Shown: positions 18,692 through 29,700, numbered from the stretch's first letter. The stretch is 64,000 nucleotides of DNA from an uncultured Candidatus Actinomarina sp. (GCA_902510995.1 CABXDL010000002.1:17007-81006); one strand, 5' to 3'. A program made the numbers and translations. The notes: a model not told the origin generated them from the sequence alone.

Positions 18692-19802
18692 AGTAAGTCA
18701 TACAACATTTAAAAAAATCAATTTAGTTTCAATATCCTTTCTAGTAACTGTCGGTGTTTTAATAAACTTATCAGCTTCATCAGTTATAGGCTTAAATAAA
18801 TTTAATGATAATTTTCATTTTATAAAAAGACATGTTGGAGGAATTATGTTGGGTTTAATTATTTACAATATTGGAAAAAAATTTTCTAAAGATTATTATA
18901 AAAAACTAGCTTATACCGGAATGTTATCTATCACTGCTATATTATTTTTAGTACTTACATATGGTGTTGTAATGGGTGGAAGTAGGAGGTGGATTGATTT
19001 AGGTAGTATAAACTTTCAGCCTAGTGAATTTGCTAAACCAATAATTATTTTATTTATTGCTCACCACTTATCAAATATTGAAATTGATAAATCAGATTTT
19101 TATAATTTAAAAAATGCATTAGGTTTCCCAGTTCTGTCTGCTCTTTTAGTGTTATTAGAACCAGATTTTGGAACTACCTTAACAATCTCAGGTATTATTT
19201 TATTTCAATTATTATTTTCAGAGGTAAAATTAAGATATCCGCTATTAATAATAGCCTTATCACCAATACCTACATATCTAGCAATAACTGTTATGGGCTA
19301 TAGAAATAAGAGATTCACTATTTGGTATGACAAAATATGTGAAGGTACGGATATTTCAGCAGAGTTATTAGCTGATGAATGTTATCAAATCTTTCAAAGT
19401 AAAGTTGCAATTAGTTCAGGTGGATTATTTGGATTAGGACCAGGTACTTCAAGGGCTAGATGGGGAAGTCTCCCTAATTCATGGACTGATTTTGTAGCTT
19501 CAATTGCAGCAGAAGAATATGGTTTTTTTGGACTTCTAATATTAATAATTGGTTTAGTTTCTTTGATAATATCATTCTTTGGTCTTGGCTTAACCAGTAA
19601 AAATGAATTTACTAGATTATTTTTTGTTGGTATGGGGTCTTGGGTATTAATTCAAACTGTATTTAACTTAGGCGGAATAGTTGGCTTACTACCAATAACG
19701 GGTATTGTTTTGCCTTTCGTAGCGTACGGAAGCTCAGCAATGGTGTCCATATTTATAGGTCTTACTATGGCTTATGCTAAAGATATTAAAGAGGATTTAT
19801 GA
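18684..19802 (+). CDS. ftsW: SEDS family peptidoglycan glycosyltransferase FtsW
   Basis: A polytopic FtsW/RodA family protein (QPSEFAKP, EPDFGT, GLLPITG). Confidence 0.9.
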   Translation: MVRVSHTTFKKINLVSISFLVTVGVLINLSASSVIGLNKFNDNFHFIKRHVGGIMLGLIIYNIGKKFSKDYYKKLAYTGMLSITAILFLVLTYGVVMGGSRRWIDLGSINFQPSEFAKPIIILFIAHHLSNIEIDKSDFYNLKNALGFPVLSALLVLLEPDFGTTLTISGIILFQLLFSEVKLRYPLLIIALSPIPTYLAITVMGYRNKRFTIWYDKICEGTDISAELLADECYQIFQSKVAISSGGLFGLGPGTSRARWGSLPNSWTDFVASIAAEEYGFFGLLILIIGLVSLIISFFGLGLTSKNEFTRLFFVGMGSWVLIQTVFNLGGIVGLLPITGIVLPFVAYGSSAMVSIFIGLTMAYAKDIKEDL

Positions 19803-20824
19803 AAAAAATAGCAATATTTTGTGTTGGAACAGGTGGCCATGTATTACCAGCAAAAAATATAATTATGCAATTACATGATGAAGGCATTGAGTTAAAGGAT
19901 TTTATTGTCATTACCGACAAAAGAGGTTATGAATATTTAGAAGATTTGAGTATTAAAATTTACATACAAGAGATATACCGTTCAAAAATAGGGATTATTG
20001 GTTATCTATTAAATTTTCATAAATTGCTAAATACATTAATAAAGACAAGATCAATAATAAAAAAAGAAAAAGTTAAAATAATTTTATCAACAGGATCTTA
20101 TATTTCACCGATAGCTTCATTGTTAAGTTTTACACTCGGTATTAAGTATTTCGGTCAAGAGCAAAATATACATGCAGGATTAGGTAATAAATTAAGTTGT
20201 CTTTTACCTGGAATAATATTTACATCTTATCCAGAAACTAAAAATCTTTTAAAAAACAAAGGGACTTATGTTGGGCCAGTAATAAATAAAGACATAATAA
20301 AAAAAGAGAAAGAGAATAGAAACCTTCTAACAATAGGGATTCAAGGTGGTAGCCAAGGCTCAAATGAAATAAACCACTATGTTTATAAATTTTTAAACAA
20401 AAACAATATAGATAATGTAAGTTTTATACATATTACTGGTAAAGATAAATCTAATGATATATTAAATGTAAAGAATTATATACAGCATGAATTTGTGGAA
20501 AACATGAATAGTTATTACTCAAAAATTGATTTACAAATATCAAGATCTGGAGGTGGCGCTTTAGAGGCAACTTATTTAGGAATTCCTCAAATCCTTATAC
20601 CTTTTAAACATGGAACTACATCTTCTCATCAAATTTTAAATGCTGAATATCTGGAAAACTTAGGAGTTGCAATAATAGTTAATTCATATAGTGAATTTGA
20701 AAAAAACTTATTAGATTTTATAAACAATGTTAAAGATAATGAAATTGAAATCTTTAACACTTTAGATATTCAAATTGGGAATATAAATATATCTAGATAC
20801 TTAAAAGAAGCATTTAATGAATAA
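19799..20824 (+). CDS. murG: Undecaprenyldiphospho-muramoylpentapeptide beta-N-acetylglucosaminyltransferase
   Basis: Has the N-terminal GTGGHVLPA motif and a C-terminal GT28 domain (SRSGGGALEA). Confidence 0.88.
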   Translation: MKKIAIFCVGTGGHVLPAKNIIMQLHDEGIELKDFIVITDKRGYEYLEDLSIKIYIQEIYRSKIGIIGYLLNFHKLLNTLIKTRSIIKKEKVKIILSTGSYISPIASLLSFTLGIKYFGQEQNIHAGLGNKLSCLLPGIIFTSYPETKNLLKNKGTYVGPVINKDIIKKEKENRNLLTIGIQGGSQGSNEINHYVYKFLNKNNIDNVSFIHITGKDKSNDILNVKNYIQHEFVENMNSYYSKIDLQISRSGGGALEATYLGIPQILIPFKHGTTSSHQILNAEYLENLGVAIIVNSYSEFEKNLLDFINNVKDNEIEIFNTLDIQIGNINISRYLKEAFNE

Positions 20825-22127
20825 ATATAAAGACGTTTATATATTTGGTATCGGAGGTTCAGGGATGAGCTCTATTGCTAAATATTTAGTACAGCAAAAT
20901 TTAACTGTTTCTGGATATGATCAAAGAAAATCATTTGTAACAAATCAACTAAACCAAGATGGTATTAGTGTTGACTTTGAATTAGGTAATTTAAAATATT
21001 CTGATGAAACTCTTTATATTTATTCTTCGGCTATATCAATGGAAAAAACAAATTTAATAAACTATTTGGATAATGAAAACGTATTATCAAGACCTGAATA
21101 TCTTAATCTACTATCTAAAACAAATAAAATTATTGGAGTTACAGGCACACATGGTAAAACCTCTACAACAGCTTTATTGGCACATATATTTCACTACAAC
21201 GATATAAACGTTTCATATATTTTTGGTGGTATGACATCATTTCACGGCATAGGGGGACACTATGGTAATAAAGATGAACCTATAATTTTAGAAACGGATG
21301 AAGCATTCAATACATTTAAAAACATAGAAATTGATGATTTATTAGTCACAAACATAGACGCAGACCATCTTGATTATTTTGAAAATTTTAAAAACTTAAT
21401 TGATGCTTTCAAGCATGTGATTCAAAATGTTAAAGAGAATTTAGTATTGAATTACGATGATTACAACATAAGAGAATTGGAAATAGAAAATCAACATATT
21501 TCATATTCTTCATCACGAGATACAGATATAAAAATCAAATATCCTAATAAAATTATTGTAGATAATACAGAATACGTTATAAGTACAAAACTAATAGGTT
21601 CTCACTTTATATCTAATATAACTGGAGCCATTGCTCTAGCTAATGTTAATGGTGTCAAAACAGTAGAAGCTTTAGAAGCTATAAAAACATTCCCAGGTGT
21701 TAAAAGAAGGACTGAATATCTTGGGTCTATAAATGGTATAAATGTATATGATGATTATGGGCACCATCCTACAGAAATAATAGCAACTATTTCAGCCCTT
21801 AAAGAACATACTAAAGGAAAGTTATATGTTATTTTTCAACCACATAGATACACTAGAACAAAAAATAGTTTTAATGATTTTAAAAATGCTTTAACAATGG
21901 CTGACCATACTATTGTTGTTGATATTTATCCCGCTGGAGAGAAACCCATACCTGGAGTAAGTAGTAAAAATTTTGAACATCAAAATATACATTATTTAAA
22001 ATCTATGAGAATGGTTCCTAGTTATTTAGCGTCTAAAGTTAAAGAGACTGATACTATATTAACGCTTGGAGCTGGAGATATTACTTTGTTAGGACCACAG
22101 ATATTAAAGTACTTAGATGAAGTATAA
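20817..22127 (+). CDS. murC: UDP-N-acetylmuramate--L-alanine ligase
   Basis: Contains GIGGSGMSSIA, the P-loop GVTGTHGKTSTT, and YDDYGHHPTE. Confidence 0.92.
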   Translation: MNKYKDVYIFGIGGSGMSSIAKYLVQQNLTVSGYDQRKSFVTNQLNQDGISVDFELGNLKYSDETLYIYSSAISMEKTNLINYLDNENVLSRPEYLNLLSKTNKIIGVTGTHGKTSTTALLAHIFHYNDINVSYIFGGMTSFHGIGGHYGNKDEPIILETDEAFNTFKNIEIDDLLVTNIDADHLDYFENFKNLIDAFKHVIQNVKENLVLNYDDYNIRELEIENQHISYSSSRDTDIKIKYPNKIIVDNTEYVISTKLIGSHFISNITGAIALANVNGVKTVEALEAIKTFPGVKRRTEYLGSINGINVYDDYGHHPTEIIATISALKEHTKGKLYVIFQPHRYTRTKNSFNDFKNALTMADHTIVVDIYPAGEKPIPGVSSKNFEHQNIHYLKSMRMVPSYLASKVKETDTILTLGAGDITLLGPQILKYLDEV

Positions 22128-22971
22128 AATCAAATTATCGAATATAACGACCTATAAATTCGGAGGTTATTGTGATAGTTTTTATAAAATTTCAGAGGAT
22201 GATATAGGTTCATTCAAAGAAGTTTTTTCAAATAGAGAGAACTTTATTCTTGGTAAAGGATCTAACGTTGCTTTTTCTGACGATGGATATGAGGGCAATA
22301 TAATTAATCCAAATTTTAACAGTTTAACTTATAACGATAGCTTGTCAGAAGTAAGAGTAGGAGCTTCGGTATTTTTGCCTGATCTTGCTAGATATTATAA
22401 AAATAACAATTTAGTTAATATGGAGTTTTTGATTGGTATTCCTGGTTCTGTTGGAGGAGCAGTCAAAATGAACGCAGGCGCTTATGGTTGGGAATTTTCA
22501 GATGTAATCAAAAGTGTTGAAGCGTACAATTTAGAAACAAACAATATTGAAATATTACTAAAAGAAGAACTTAATTTTTCTTATAGATCTTCTGAAAATT
22601 TAGACAGAAAGATTGTAATTTCAGCTACCTTATCTGCTGATAAAGGAGATCCTAACCTAATAAGGAGTCGGCTTAAAGAGAATATAGCTTACAGAAAAAA
22701 AACACAACCTGCAGCAATATATAACGCGGGCAGCGTATTTAAGAATACAAAAGACTATTCTGCAGGTGAATTAATCGATAAATCTGGTCTTAAAGGTTAC
22801 AGTATTGATGGTGTGAAAGTAAGTAACAAACATGCTAACTTTTTCATAGCTTCGAAAGGAGCTCACTCGTCTTCTCTTTACAAGCTTGTAAGCCATGTAA
22901 AAGAGGTTGTAGATAACAAATATGGTATCTCGTTAGAAAAAGAGATAATGTTTATAGGTAAATTTGATTAG
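22117..22971 (+). CDS. murB: UDP-N-acetylenolpyruvoylglucosamine reductase
   Basis: Has an FAD-binding PCMH domain (GKGSNV, GIPGSVGGAVKMNAGAYG) and the C-terminal segment AGSVFKN. Confidence 0.88.
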   Translation: MKYKIKLSNITTYKFGGYCDSFYKISEDDIGSFKEVFSNRENFILGKGSNVAFSDDGYEGNIINPNFNSLTYNDSLSEVRVGASVFLPDLARYYKNNNLVNMEFLIGIPGSVGGAVKMNAGAYGWEFSDVIKSVEAYNLETNNIEILLKEELNFSYRSSENLDRKIVISATLSADKGDPNLIRSRLKENIAYRKKTQPAAIYNAGSVFKNTKDYSAGELIDKSGLKGYSIDGVKVSNKHANFFIASKGAHSSSLYKLVSHVKEVVDNKYGISLEKEIMFIGKFD

Positions 22972-22973
22972 AT

Positions 22974-23675
22974 ATGAACTATGGAGAAATTGAAAGACGG
23001 ACATTTAGGACTTTTCTAGGATTTTCAACTCTACTTCTTGGTTTGATTGTAGTCTTCTCCGTTATCACTTCCGGCCTCTATAGAGTGTCTGACATTGCTT
23101 ATGATTACAATCCTGAACTTAATATGAACTCCGTAGAAAGCTTGATTGGGAAATCTATTTGGTTAGTCGATGATACCAACTTTGAAAACTTCTATGAAGA
23201 GAACCCTACAGTAGAAAGAATATCTCACGAAAAAGTTCTGCCACGTAAGTTGATATTGGAAATTGTCATTTCAGAGAAATTGGCGTATATAGAGGATAAC
23301 AGACAATCTCCACCTAGAACATTTGTACTCTATAAAAACTTATACACTCTTAATGCTCCAGCCAACGAAGGGATTCTTTCTTTAACTATAAATAATGGAC
23401 CTGTTCTGGAGGGGTTTCTTGAAGAGGTTGTTACATTTGTAATGACGTTAAAGAAATATCCAATTAATCTATACAACATTGAAATGAGATACGATGGCGA
23501 ATCCATCGAAGTGAGAAACCTCAACACAGTATTCTTCTTAGGCAGTCCTTCTGATCTTGGAAGAAAGGCATCTGTTGTAGGTTACTACATCTCTGAAGAG
23601 CCCTGTGATGGTGAAGTAAGAATCTTCTACAGCGAAGACATTCAGAGATATAAGGGCATCAGTAATTGTAATTAA
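22974..23675 (+). CDS. ftsQ: Cell division protein FtsQ/DivIB-like
   Basis: 233 aa with an N-terminal TM helix and POTRA-like region, located directly upstream of ftsZ. Sequence conservation is weak, so the call rests on position and architecture. Confidence 0.7.
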   Translation: MNYGEIERRTFRTFLGFSTLLLGLIVVFSVITSGLYRVSDIAYDYNPELNMNSVESLIGKSIWLVDDTNFENFYEENPTVERISHEKVLPRKLILEIVISEKLAYIEDNRQSPPRTFVLYKNLYTLNAPANEGILSLTINNGPVLEGFLEEVVTFVMTLKKYPINLYNIEMRYDGESIEVRNLNTVFFLGSPSDLGRKASVVGYYISEEPCDGEVRIFYSEDIQRYKGISNCN

Positions 23676-23770
23676 TCTAAATCTAAACTATAGATATAGA
23701 TAAAATTATGAAAAAATATTGTTTATATCGTTTTGAAGTGATATTCTTATACGAAAATAAGGATTAACAA

Positions 23771-24841
23771 ATGGCTACAAAAAGTAAAAAAAATAAGGAA
23801 AAGGGTGTGAATTTGAATATGAGACCGAGAAATTATTCAGCTGTTATTAAAGTTGTGGGTGTTGGTGGCGGTGGAACTAATGCTGTTAACAGAATGATCA
23901 AGTTAGGAATCAAGGGTGTAGATTTTGTTGCTTGCAATACAGACGCACAAAGTTTACTCGGTTCAAAAGCAGATTTAAAATTAGATCTTGGAAGAAAATC
24001 AACCAGAGGACTTGGTGCTGGTGCTAATCCTGAAATTGGAAGACAAGCCGCTGTAGATTCTGAAGAATTAATCGCAGAAGCATTAAAAGGATCCGACATG
24101 GTTTTTATTGCTGCTGGAGAAGGTGGCGGAACTGGTACTGGTGCATCTCCAATATTAGCTAATGTAGCACATGAGCTAGGAGCCTTAACAGTAGGTGTAG
24201 TTACTAGACCGTTCGGATTCGAAGGAAGAAGAAGGTCTGTACAAGCTGAGGAAGGGATTCAAGCTTTAAGAGATGTTGTTGATACTTTGATAGTTATTCC
24301 AAACGACAGGCTTCTACAAATAAGTGATAAAGACATAAAGATTAGTGAAGCTTATCTTAAATCAGATGAAATATTGGCAAACGGAGTTAAGGGTATAACA
24401 GGTTTGATAACAAATCCTGGCGTAATAAATGTTGACTTTGCTGATGTAAGAACAATATTAAAGGATGCAGGAAATGCTGTTCTAGGTATAGGTAAATCTA
24501 CCGGGGAACAAAGAGCTCCAAATGCTGCTCAGGCTGCAATTTCTTCACCTTTACTTGAAGCAAATATGGACGGTGCTGAGGGTGTTCTTATTACAATAGC
24601 TGGATCTGAAGATCTTAAGCTACAAGAAGTTAACGAAGCTGCAAGAGTAATCACAGAAAGAGCAGATGATAATGCAGAGATTATCTTTGGACACCTTGTG
24701 GACGATACTTTAGGCGATGCTGTCGAAGTAACAGTTGTAGCAGCTGGATTTGGACCTAGACCAAATAGGCGTTCAACTGGTATTGATAACGGTGATGACG
24801 GCAGCGGAGGTGATGGTCTCCCTGATTTCATCAGAGGATGA
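23771..24841 (+). CDS. ftsZ: Cell division GTPase FtsZ
   Basis: Contains GVGGGGTNAVN and the tubulin signature GGGTGTGASP. The conserved C-terminal peptide reads GLPDFIRG. Confidence 0.98.
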   Translation: MATKSKKNKEKGVNLNMRPRNYSAVIKVVGVGGGGTNAVNRMIKLGIKGVDFVACNTDAQSLLGSKADLKLDLGRKSTRGLGAGANPEIGRQAAVDSEELIAEALKGSDMVFIAAGEGGGTGTGASPILANVAHELGALTVGVVTRPFGFEGRRRSVQAEEGIQALRDVVDTLIVIPNDRLLQISDKDIKISEAYLKSDEILANGVKGITGLITNPGVINVDFADVRTILKDAGNAVLGIGKSTGEQRAPNAAQAAISSPLLEANMDGAEGVLITIAGSEDLKLQEVNEAARVITERADDNAEIIFGHLVDDTLGDAVEVTVVAAGFGPRPNRRSTGIDNGDDGSGGDGLPDFIRG

Positions 24842-25407
24842 TTCATTCCAAATTAATCTCTAACGGACAATTTTACGACTCATTAGATTTAGAACAAACT
24901 AAAGGGTTTGAAGTTGCCTCAATGGAACAATCACATAGCGATGTTTTTTTAGAAGTAGATAAACCTGGGGTATACCAAGCTGATGCATTAATTACAAAGA
25001 AAAAAAATTTAATGCTAGTTGTTAAAACGGCAGACTGTATGCCTGTATTGATTACTGATGGTGAAAAGGTGGGAATAGTCCATATAGGATGGAAGGGTCT
25101 AGAAAATAAAATATTCTACAAGACGATTTCAAAATTTGATATATCCAAATTAAAAGTATCTATTGGTCCTCATGCTCAAAAGTGTTGTTATGAAGTAAAG
25201 AAAGATTTGGAATTAAAATTTAGTGAACACTGTTTAAAAGAAGAAAATAAAATTTATTTAGATCTTACAAAAGAAATTAAAGAATATTGTGAGAATAATA
25301 GTATAGAATTAGAACTGATTGTTGAATGTACAATAGAAAATAAAAAATATAATTCATACAGAAGAGACAAAACTAAAAAAAGACAATTGAGTTCAACATG
25401 GATATAA
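24838..25407 (+). CDS. pgeF: Purine nucleoside phosphorylase / laccase-domain protein (YfiH/PgeF, DUF152)
   Basis: Carries the motifs QSHSDV, TADCMPVL, HIGWKG and NSYRRD. At 189 aa it is shorter than typical family members. Confidence 0.8.
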   Translation: MIHSKLISNGQFYDSLDLEQTKGFEVASMEQSHSDVFLEVDKPGVYQADALITKKKNLMLVVKTADCMPVLITDGEKVGIVHIGWKGLENKIFYKTISKFDISKLKVSIGPHAQKCCYEVKKDLELKFSEHCLKEENKIYLDLTKEIKEYCENNSIELELIVECTIENKKYNSYRRDKTKKRQLSSTWI

Positions 25408-26012
25408 AATCATTACAAGACATAAGTAATCTAGCAAAAAAATACAATGCACAGCTACTTCCTGTAATAAAAGATAAAAAATTCGAAGATATTAAAGAAT
25501 TATACGATTTAGGTTTTAGAGAGTTTGGTGAAAATCGTTTAGAACAATTAATAGATCATAAAATCAAATTAGATGAAGCAATGTATCATTACATTGCTCC
25601 TTTGCAATCAAGAAAAATAGAAGAAGTTATGGATAACTGTGTAGCTATACATACATTATCAAGAAAAAAAGAAGCTTTGATAATAAATGAAAATTATTCT
25701 AACCAAAAAATATTTGTTCAAATAAATATTGATAACGATCCAAATAAAAATGGAATAAAAGTTGAAGAAGTAGACAAATTTTTCAGCATGTTTGAAGATT
25801 TAAGTTTTTTCCCAGTTGGTATTATGTGTATACCAAGTCTTGAAAATGACTCAATAATTTCATTTTCTAATATGCAAAAAATAAACCAAAAGATAAAGAA
25901 TAATTATAAATACTATAAAGGTGAGCTTTCGATGGGTATGTCTGAGGATTATGAAATTGCTTTAGATTATGGTGCTACAATAATTCGTATAGGTAGTAAA
26001 ATTTTTAGTTAA
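25398..26012 (+). CDS. yggS: PLP homeostasis protein YggS/YlmE family
   Basis: An alanine-racemase-N-like fold (FGENRLEQL, GELSMGMSEDYEIA, IRIGSKIF) in the conserved position after pgeF. Confidence 0.85.
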   Translation: MDIKSLQDISNLAKKYNAQLLPVIKDKKFEDIKELYDLGFREFGENRLEQLIDHKIKLDEAMYHYIAPLQSRKIEEVMDNCVAIHTLSRKKEALIINENYSNQKIFVQINIDNDPNKNGIKVEEVDKFFSMFEDLSFFPVGIMCIPSLENDSIISFSNMQKINQKIKNNYKYYKGELSMGMSEDYEIALDYGATIIRIGSKIFS

Positions 26013-26452
26013 TGTTAGAAAAATTTCTTATTTCAATTGGTTTAAAACAGCCTAGTTCTGTTGAACAATATATAGATGAATCAACTACGACCGTAAGGCC
26101 TTCATCTGAAAATAGATTTACAAATGAAGATGAATATTCAGGTGATGTAAGAATTCACCAACCAAAAGATGAAGTTGAAATAAAAGTATTGAAAGCATTT
26201 AGTGAAGTAGAAGGCCTTGGTATACCAATAAAAGATGGGTTTATAGTAGCAATGGATCTTAGAGACATTGAAGATCAAATAGAAAGAAGACGAATACTTG
26301 ATTTTACTTTTGGGATGGTATTTGTTAATAATTCAAGTATGAGGTCAATAAATAGAGATGGTGTATATCTTATACTTCCTTCAAATTCTTCGCTACCTTC
26401 ACAGGAAAGAGAAAGACTGCAAGATTTAGGTCTATATAAAGTAAATGTGTAG
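26012..26452 (+). CDS. sepF: Cell division protein SepF
   Basis: 146 aa with a C-terminal SepF core (IKVLKAFSEVEGLGIPIKDGFIVAMDL...RILDFTFGMVF). It lies in the conserved position between yggS and yggT. Confidence 0.85.
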   Translation: MLEKFLISIGLKQPSSVEQYIDESTTTVRPSSENRFTNEDEYSGDVRIHQPKDEVEIKVLKAFSEVEGLGIPIKDGFIVAMDLRDIEDQIERRRILDFTFGMVFVNNSSMRSINRDGVYLILPSNSSLPSQERERLQDLGLYKVNV

Positions 26453-26711
26453 TCTCCTTGCACTTACTTACAAGCTTTTTAGCTATTCTTTATTTTTATG
26501 GATTATTTTATCTTGGGTGCAAGTACCTCAAGAACATCCAATTGGTCAAATTAAGAATATTTTAGATCAATTTTATTCACGAATTTTGTCACCGATAAGG
26601 TCAGCAATACCTACGGTAAGAATAGGTATGGCTGGACTAGATTTATCACCGATAGTTCTAATTTTGGGTGTTAATTTTATATATCCAAGAGTTATGAATT
26701 TAATTTGCTAG
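26445..26711 (+). CDS. yggT: YggT family membrane protein
   Basis: 88 aa with 2 TM helices and YggT-like sequence (ILSWVQV...ILSPIR...GLDLSPIVLIL). Confidence 0.85.
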   Translation: MCSLLALTYKLFSYSLFLWIILSWVQVPQEHPIGQIKNILDQFYSRILSPIRSAIPTVRIGMAGLDLSPIVLILGVNFIYPRVMNLIC

Positions 26712-29700
26712 ATTTGTTTTATTTCAGTATCTAGAAAATAATCTAAGACTTTACCCGATCCTTTAATATTTGTTATTGAAAACTCAGTAGTTAGAGTTTC
26801 ATTTAATATATATTCTTTGAATTTATCAATTGAAGAGATTACAAATTGTTCTTGTGTTGAAATATTAAGCAAAATTCTATCAGTAATATCAAAACCCATA
26901 TCTTTTCTTTGTTTTTGGATTATAGATACAAGCTCTCTGGAAACTCTTTCCATTTTCAATTCTTCATCTAATTCAGTATCAAGACATACGGAAAAATCAT
27001 TTATTATATCTTGATTAAGTTTCTCTTCATTTTTTGTAAGCCTTATATCTATTTCTGCGCTATCGATTTTATTACTATTAAACTCTATATATTTATTATT
27101 AATTAAATTTTCAATATCGTTTTGATTTAAATTAGATAAATAATCTGCAAATTCTGTTATCTTGTTACCTAATTTTGGACCCAAAGTTGGATAATTTGGC
27201 TTACACTCATAATTTACCCAATTTTCAAAATCACTGTCAAATTCCAATTTTTTAATATTTAATTCATTAAGAATGATTTCTTTTACGTTATTTATTTGTT
27301 CAATTTTTGTTGAATCTTTTGTAATTATTATTAACTTTCGTAAAGGTTGTTTGTTAGGGAGTTCCACATTTAACCTTATGTTTCTAACTGATTTAATAAT
27401 ATTTTTAGCTAATTCCATTTCTTTTTCTAAGTTTTTGTTTATTAGTTCATCATTAGATTCTGGATAGTTTTCAAAATGAATGCTGTTATCAGTATTATCT
27501 GTTAAACCTTGGAAAATTTCTTCGCATATAAATGGTAATACAGGAGCCATAGTCTTAGAGAAATCAATTAATACTTCGTGCAGAGTTTTAAATGCATTTA
27601 TTTTGTCTATATCATCATTACCCTTCTCTTTCCAGAATCTTTTTCTATTTGATCTAACATACCAATTTGTTAATTCATCAATAAAATTCATAAGTGGTGG
27701 TATTACCTCATATAGATAGTAATTTTCCATCTTTTCATTAACTGTTTTAATAAGGGATTGAAGTGATGAAATAATCCATTGATCCATTAAGGGTCTTTCA
27801 TTTACTGGTGATGCTGACTTAAGTTCCTTTAGAGTGATTTCATCAGCATTTGCATAGTTAGAAAAAAACGAATAACTATTCCATAAAGGAAGAATAACGT
27901 TTCTTGTTACAAGCTTTACCCCTTCTTCTGAAAATTTTAAAGGTTCACCTCGTACCACAGGTGAATTTATTAAGTAAGCCCTTAAACTATCTCCTCCATA
28001 GGTATTTAATAAATCTTCAGGATCAGGATAGTTCTTTAAGCTTTTGCTCATCTTTCTACCATCTTCAGCGAGAATCATACCAGTGGTAATACAGTTTTTG
28101 AAAGCAACAGAGTCAAATAAAGCCACTGAAAGAACAGTAAGAGTATAAAACCAGCCTCTTGTTTGGTCGAGTCCTTCTGCTATAAAATCAGCAGGAAAAC
28201 CCTCCTTGAACAGTTCTTTGTTCTCGAATGGATAATGTTGTTGACCATAAGGCATTGAACCTGACTCAAACCAGCAATCTAAAACTTCAGGGGTTCGTTT
28301 ATATGTTTTCCCTTCTATTTCTATTTCTACGTCATCAAGAAAATGTTTATGCAAGTCCGTAATCTTTTCCCCACTTAGAGTTTCTAGTTCCTCTATTGAA
28401 CCCAGGCAAATTAGATCATCTGGATCATTTTTATTTATCCACACAGGTATACAGCTTCCCCAATACCTGTTTCTACTTATCGCCCAATCTCTTGCATTTG
28501 CTAACCAATTAGAGAAACGTTTTTCTCCTATAAATCCAGGAACCCAATGTGTTTCATTGTTAAGTTCAACCATTCTTTCTCTAATTTTTTCTACACTAAC
28601 AAACCAAGTTGGTATTGCTTTATAAATCAATGGCTCACCAGTTCTCCAGCAAAATGGGTATGAATGAGTTTCTGTAGTTTTGCTAAATAATAGCTGTCTT
28701 TCGTCTAATTGCTTTATAATCATTTTATCAGCGTCTTTAACATATTTATCTTCCAAACCTTTTACACTTGAATCAAATTTTCCAGAAAGTGTTACGGGGT
28801 CAACAATTACATCTATACCAGCATTTTTTAAAGCATAAAAATCACTTTCACCATAAGCAGGAGCTTGAGAAACTAGACCAGAACCAGATTCTGTATTCGT
28901 GTCATCGCTACTAATAATTCTGAATGCTCCATTTAAATATTCATTTTCAAATTCATCGTAAGCTGGAACATATTCTCCTCCTACTAAGTCAGAACCGATT
29001 GACTCATCAATTATTTTATAGTCATGATCACTTAGTTCACTTAATCTATCAGTGGCTATCCAGTAGTGTTTTTTATTTAATAGAATCCTTGAGTATTTTA
29101 TTTTATTTCCAATAGCAATTGCAAGATTTCCAGGAATACACCATGGAGTAGTTGTCCAAATAAGAAATTCATCGTTCTTTTGAATCTTATTATGATTTGC
29201 TCTCGCTTTTAGAGTAAAGAAAATTGAAGGATCTTCTACATCCCTGTAATCCATATTTGCTTCAAAATTAGAAAGAGGAGTAGCCGCTGCCCACGAGTAT
29301 GGTAAAACTTTGTAATCTTTGTAAATTAAGTCATTTTTCCAGAGTTCTTTAAAAACCCACCATACACTTTCCATAAAATCAAGGTCCATAGTCTTGTAAT
29401 CATTTTCAAAATCAACCCACCTTCCAATTTTTCTTGTTACCCTTTCCCAATTTTCAGTGTTTGTTTGAACTTGAGATCTACATGCTTCATTAAATTTACC
29501 AATCCCATACTCGTCTATTTGTTGTGGATCCTCAAGGCCCAATTCTTTTTGCACTTCCATCTCTATAGGCAATCCATGAACATCCCAACCAAACCTTCTT
29601 TCTACATAGAAGCCTCTCATAGTCCAATATCTTGGAACGATGTCTTTTATTACTCCTGCCAACAAATTTCCATAATGAGGACTACCAGTTGGAAACGGAG

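Noticed and set aside
23708-23767. A 19-codon ORF (MKKYCLYRFEVIFLYENKD) in the ftsQ-ftsZ spacer.
   Set aside because: It has no SD, no compositional or functional signal, and no associated structure. The spacer more likely holds an ftsZ promoter.
23833-24846. Two antisense ORFs inside ftsZ (23833-24099 and 24529-24846).
   Set aside because: They are shadow frames of a Gly/Ala-rich, relatively GC-rich gene. Their products are Pro/Ser/Ala-rich with no recognisable domain.
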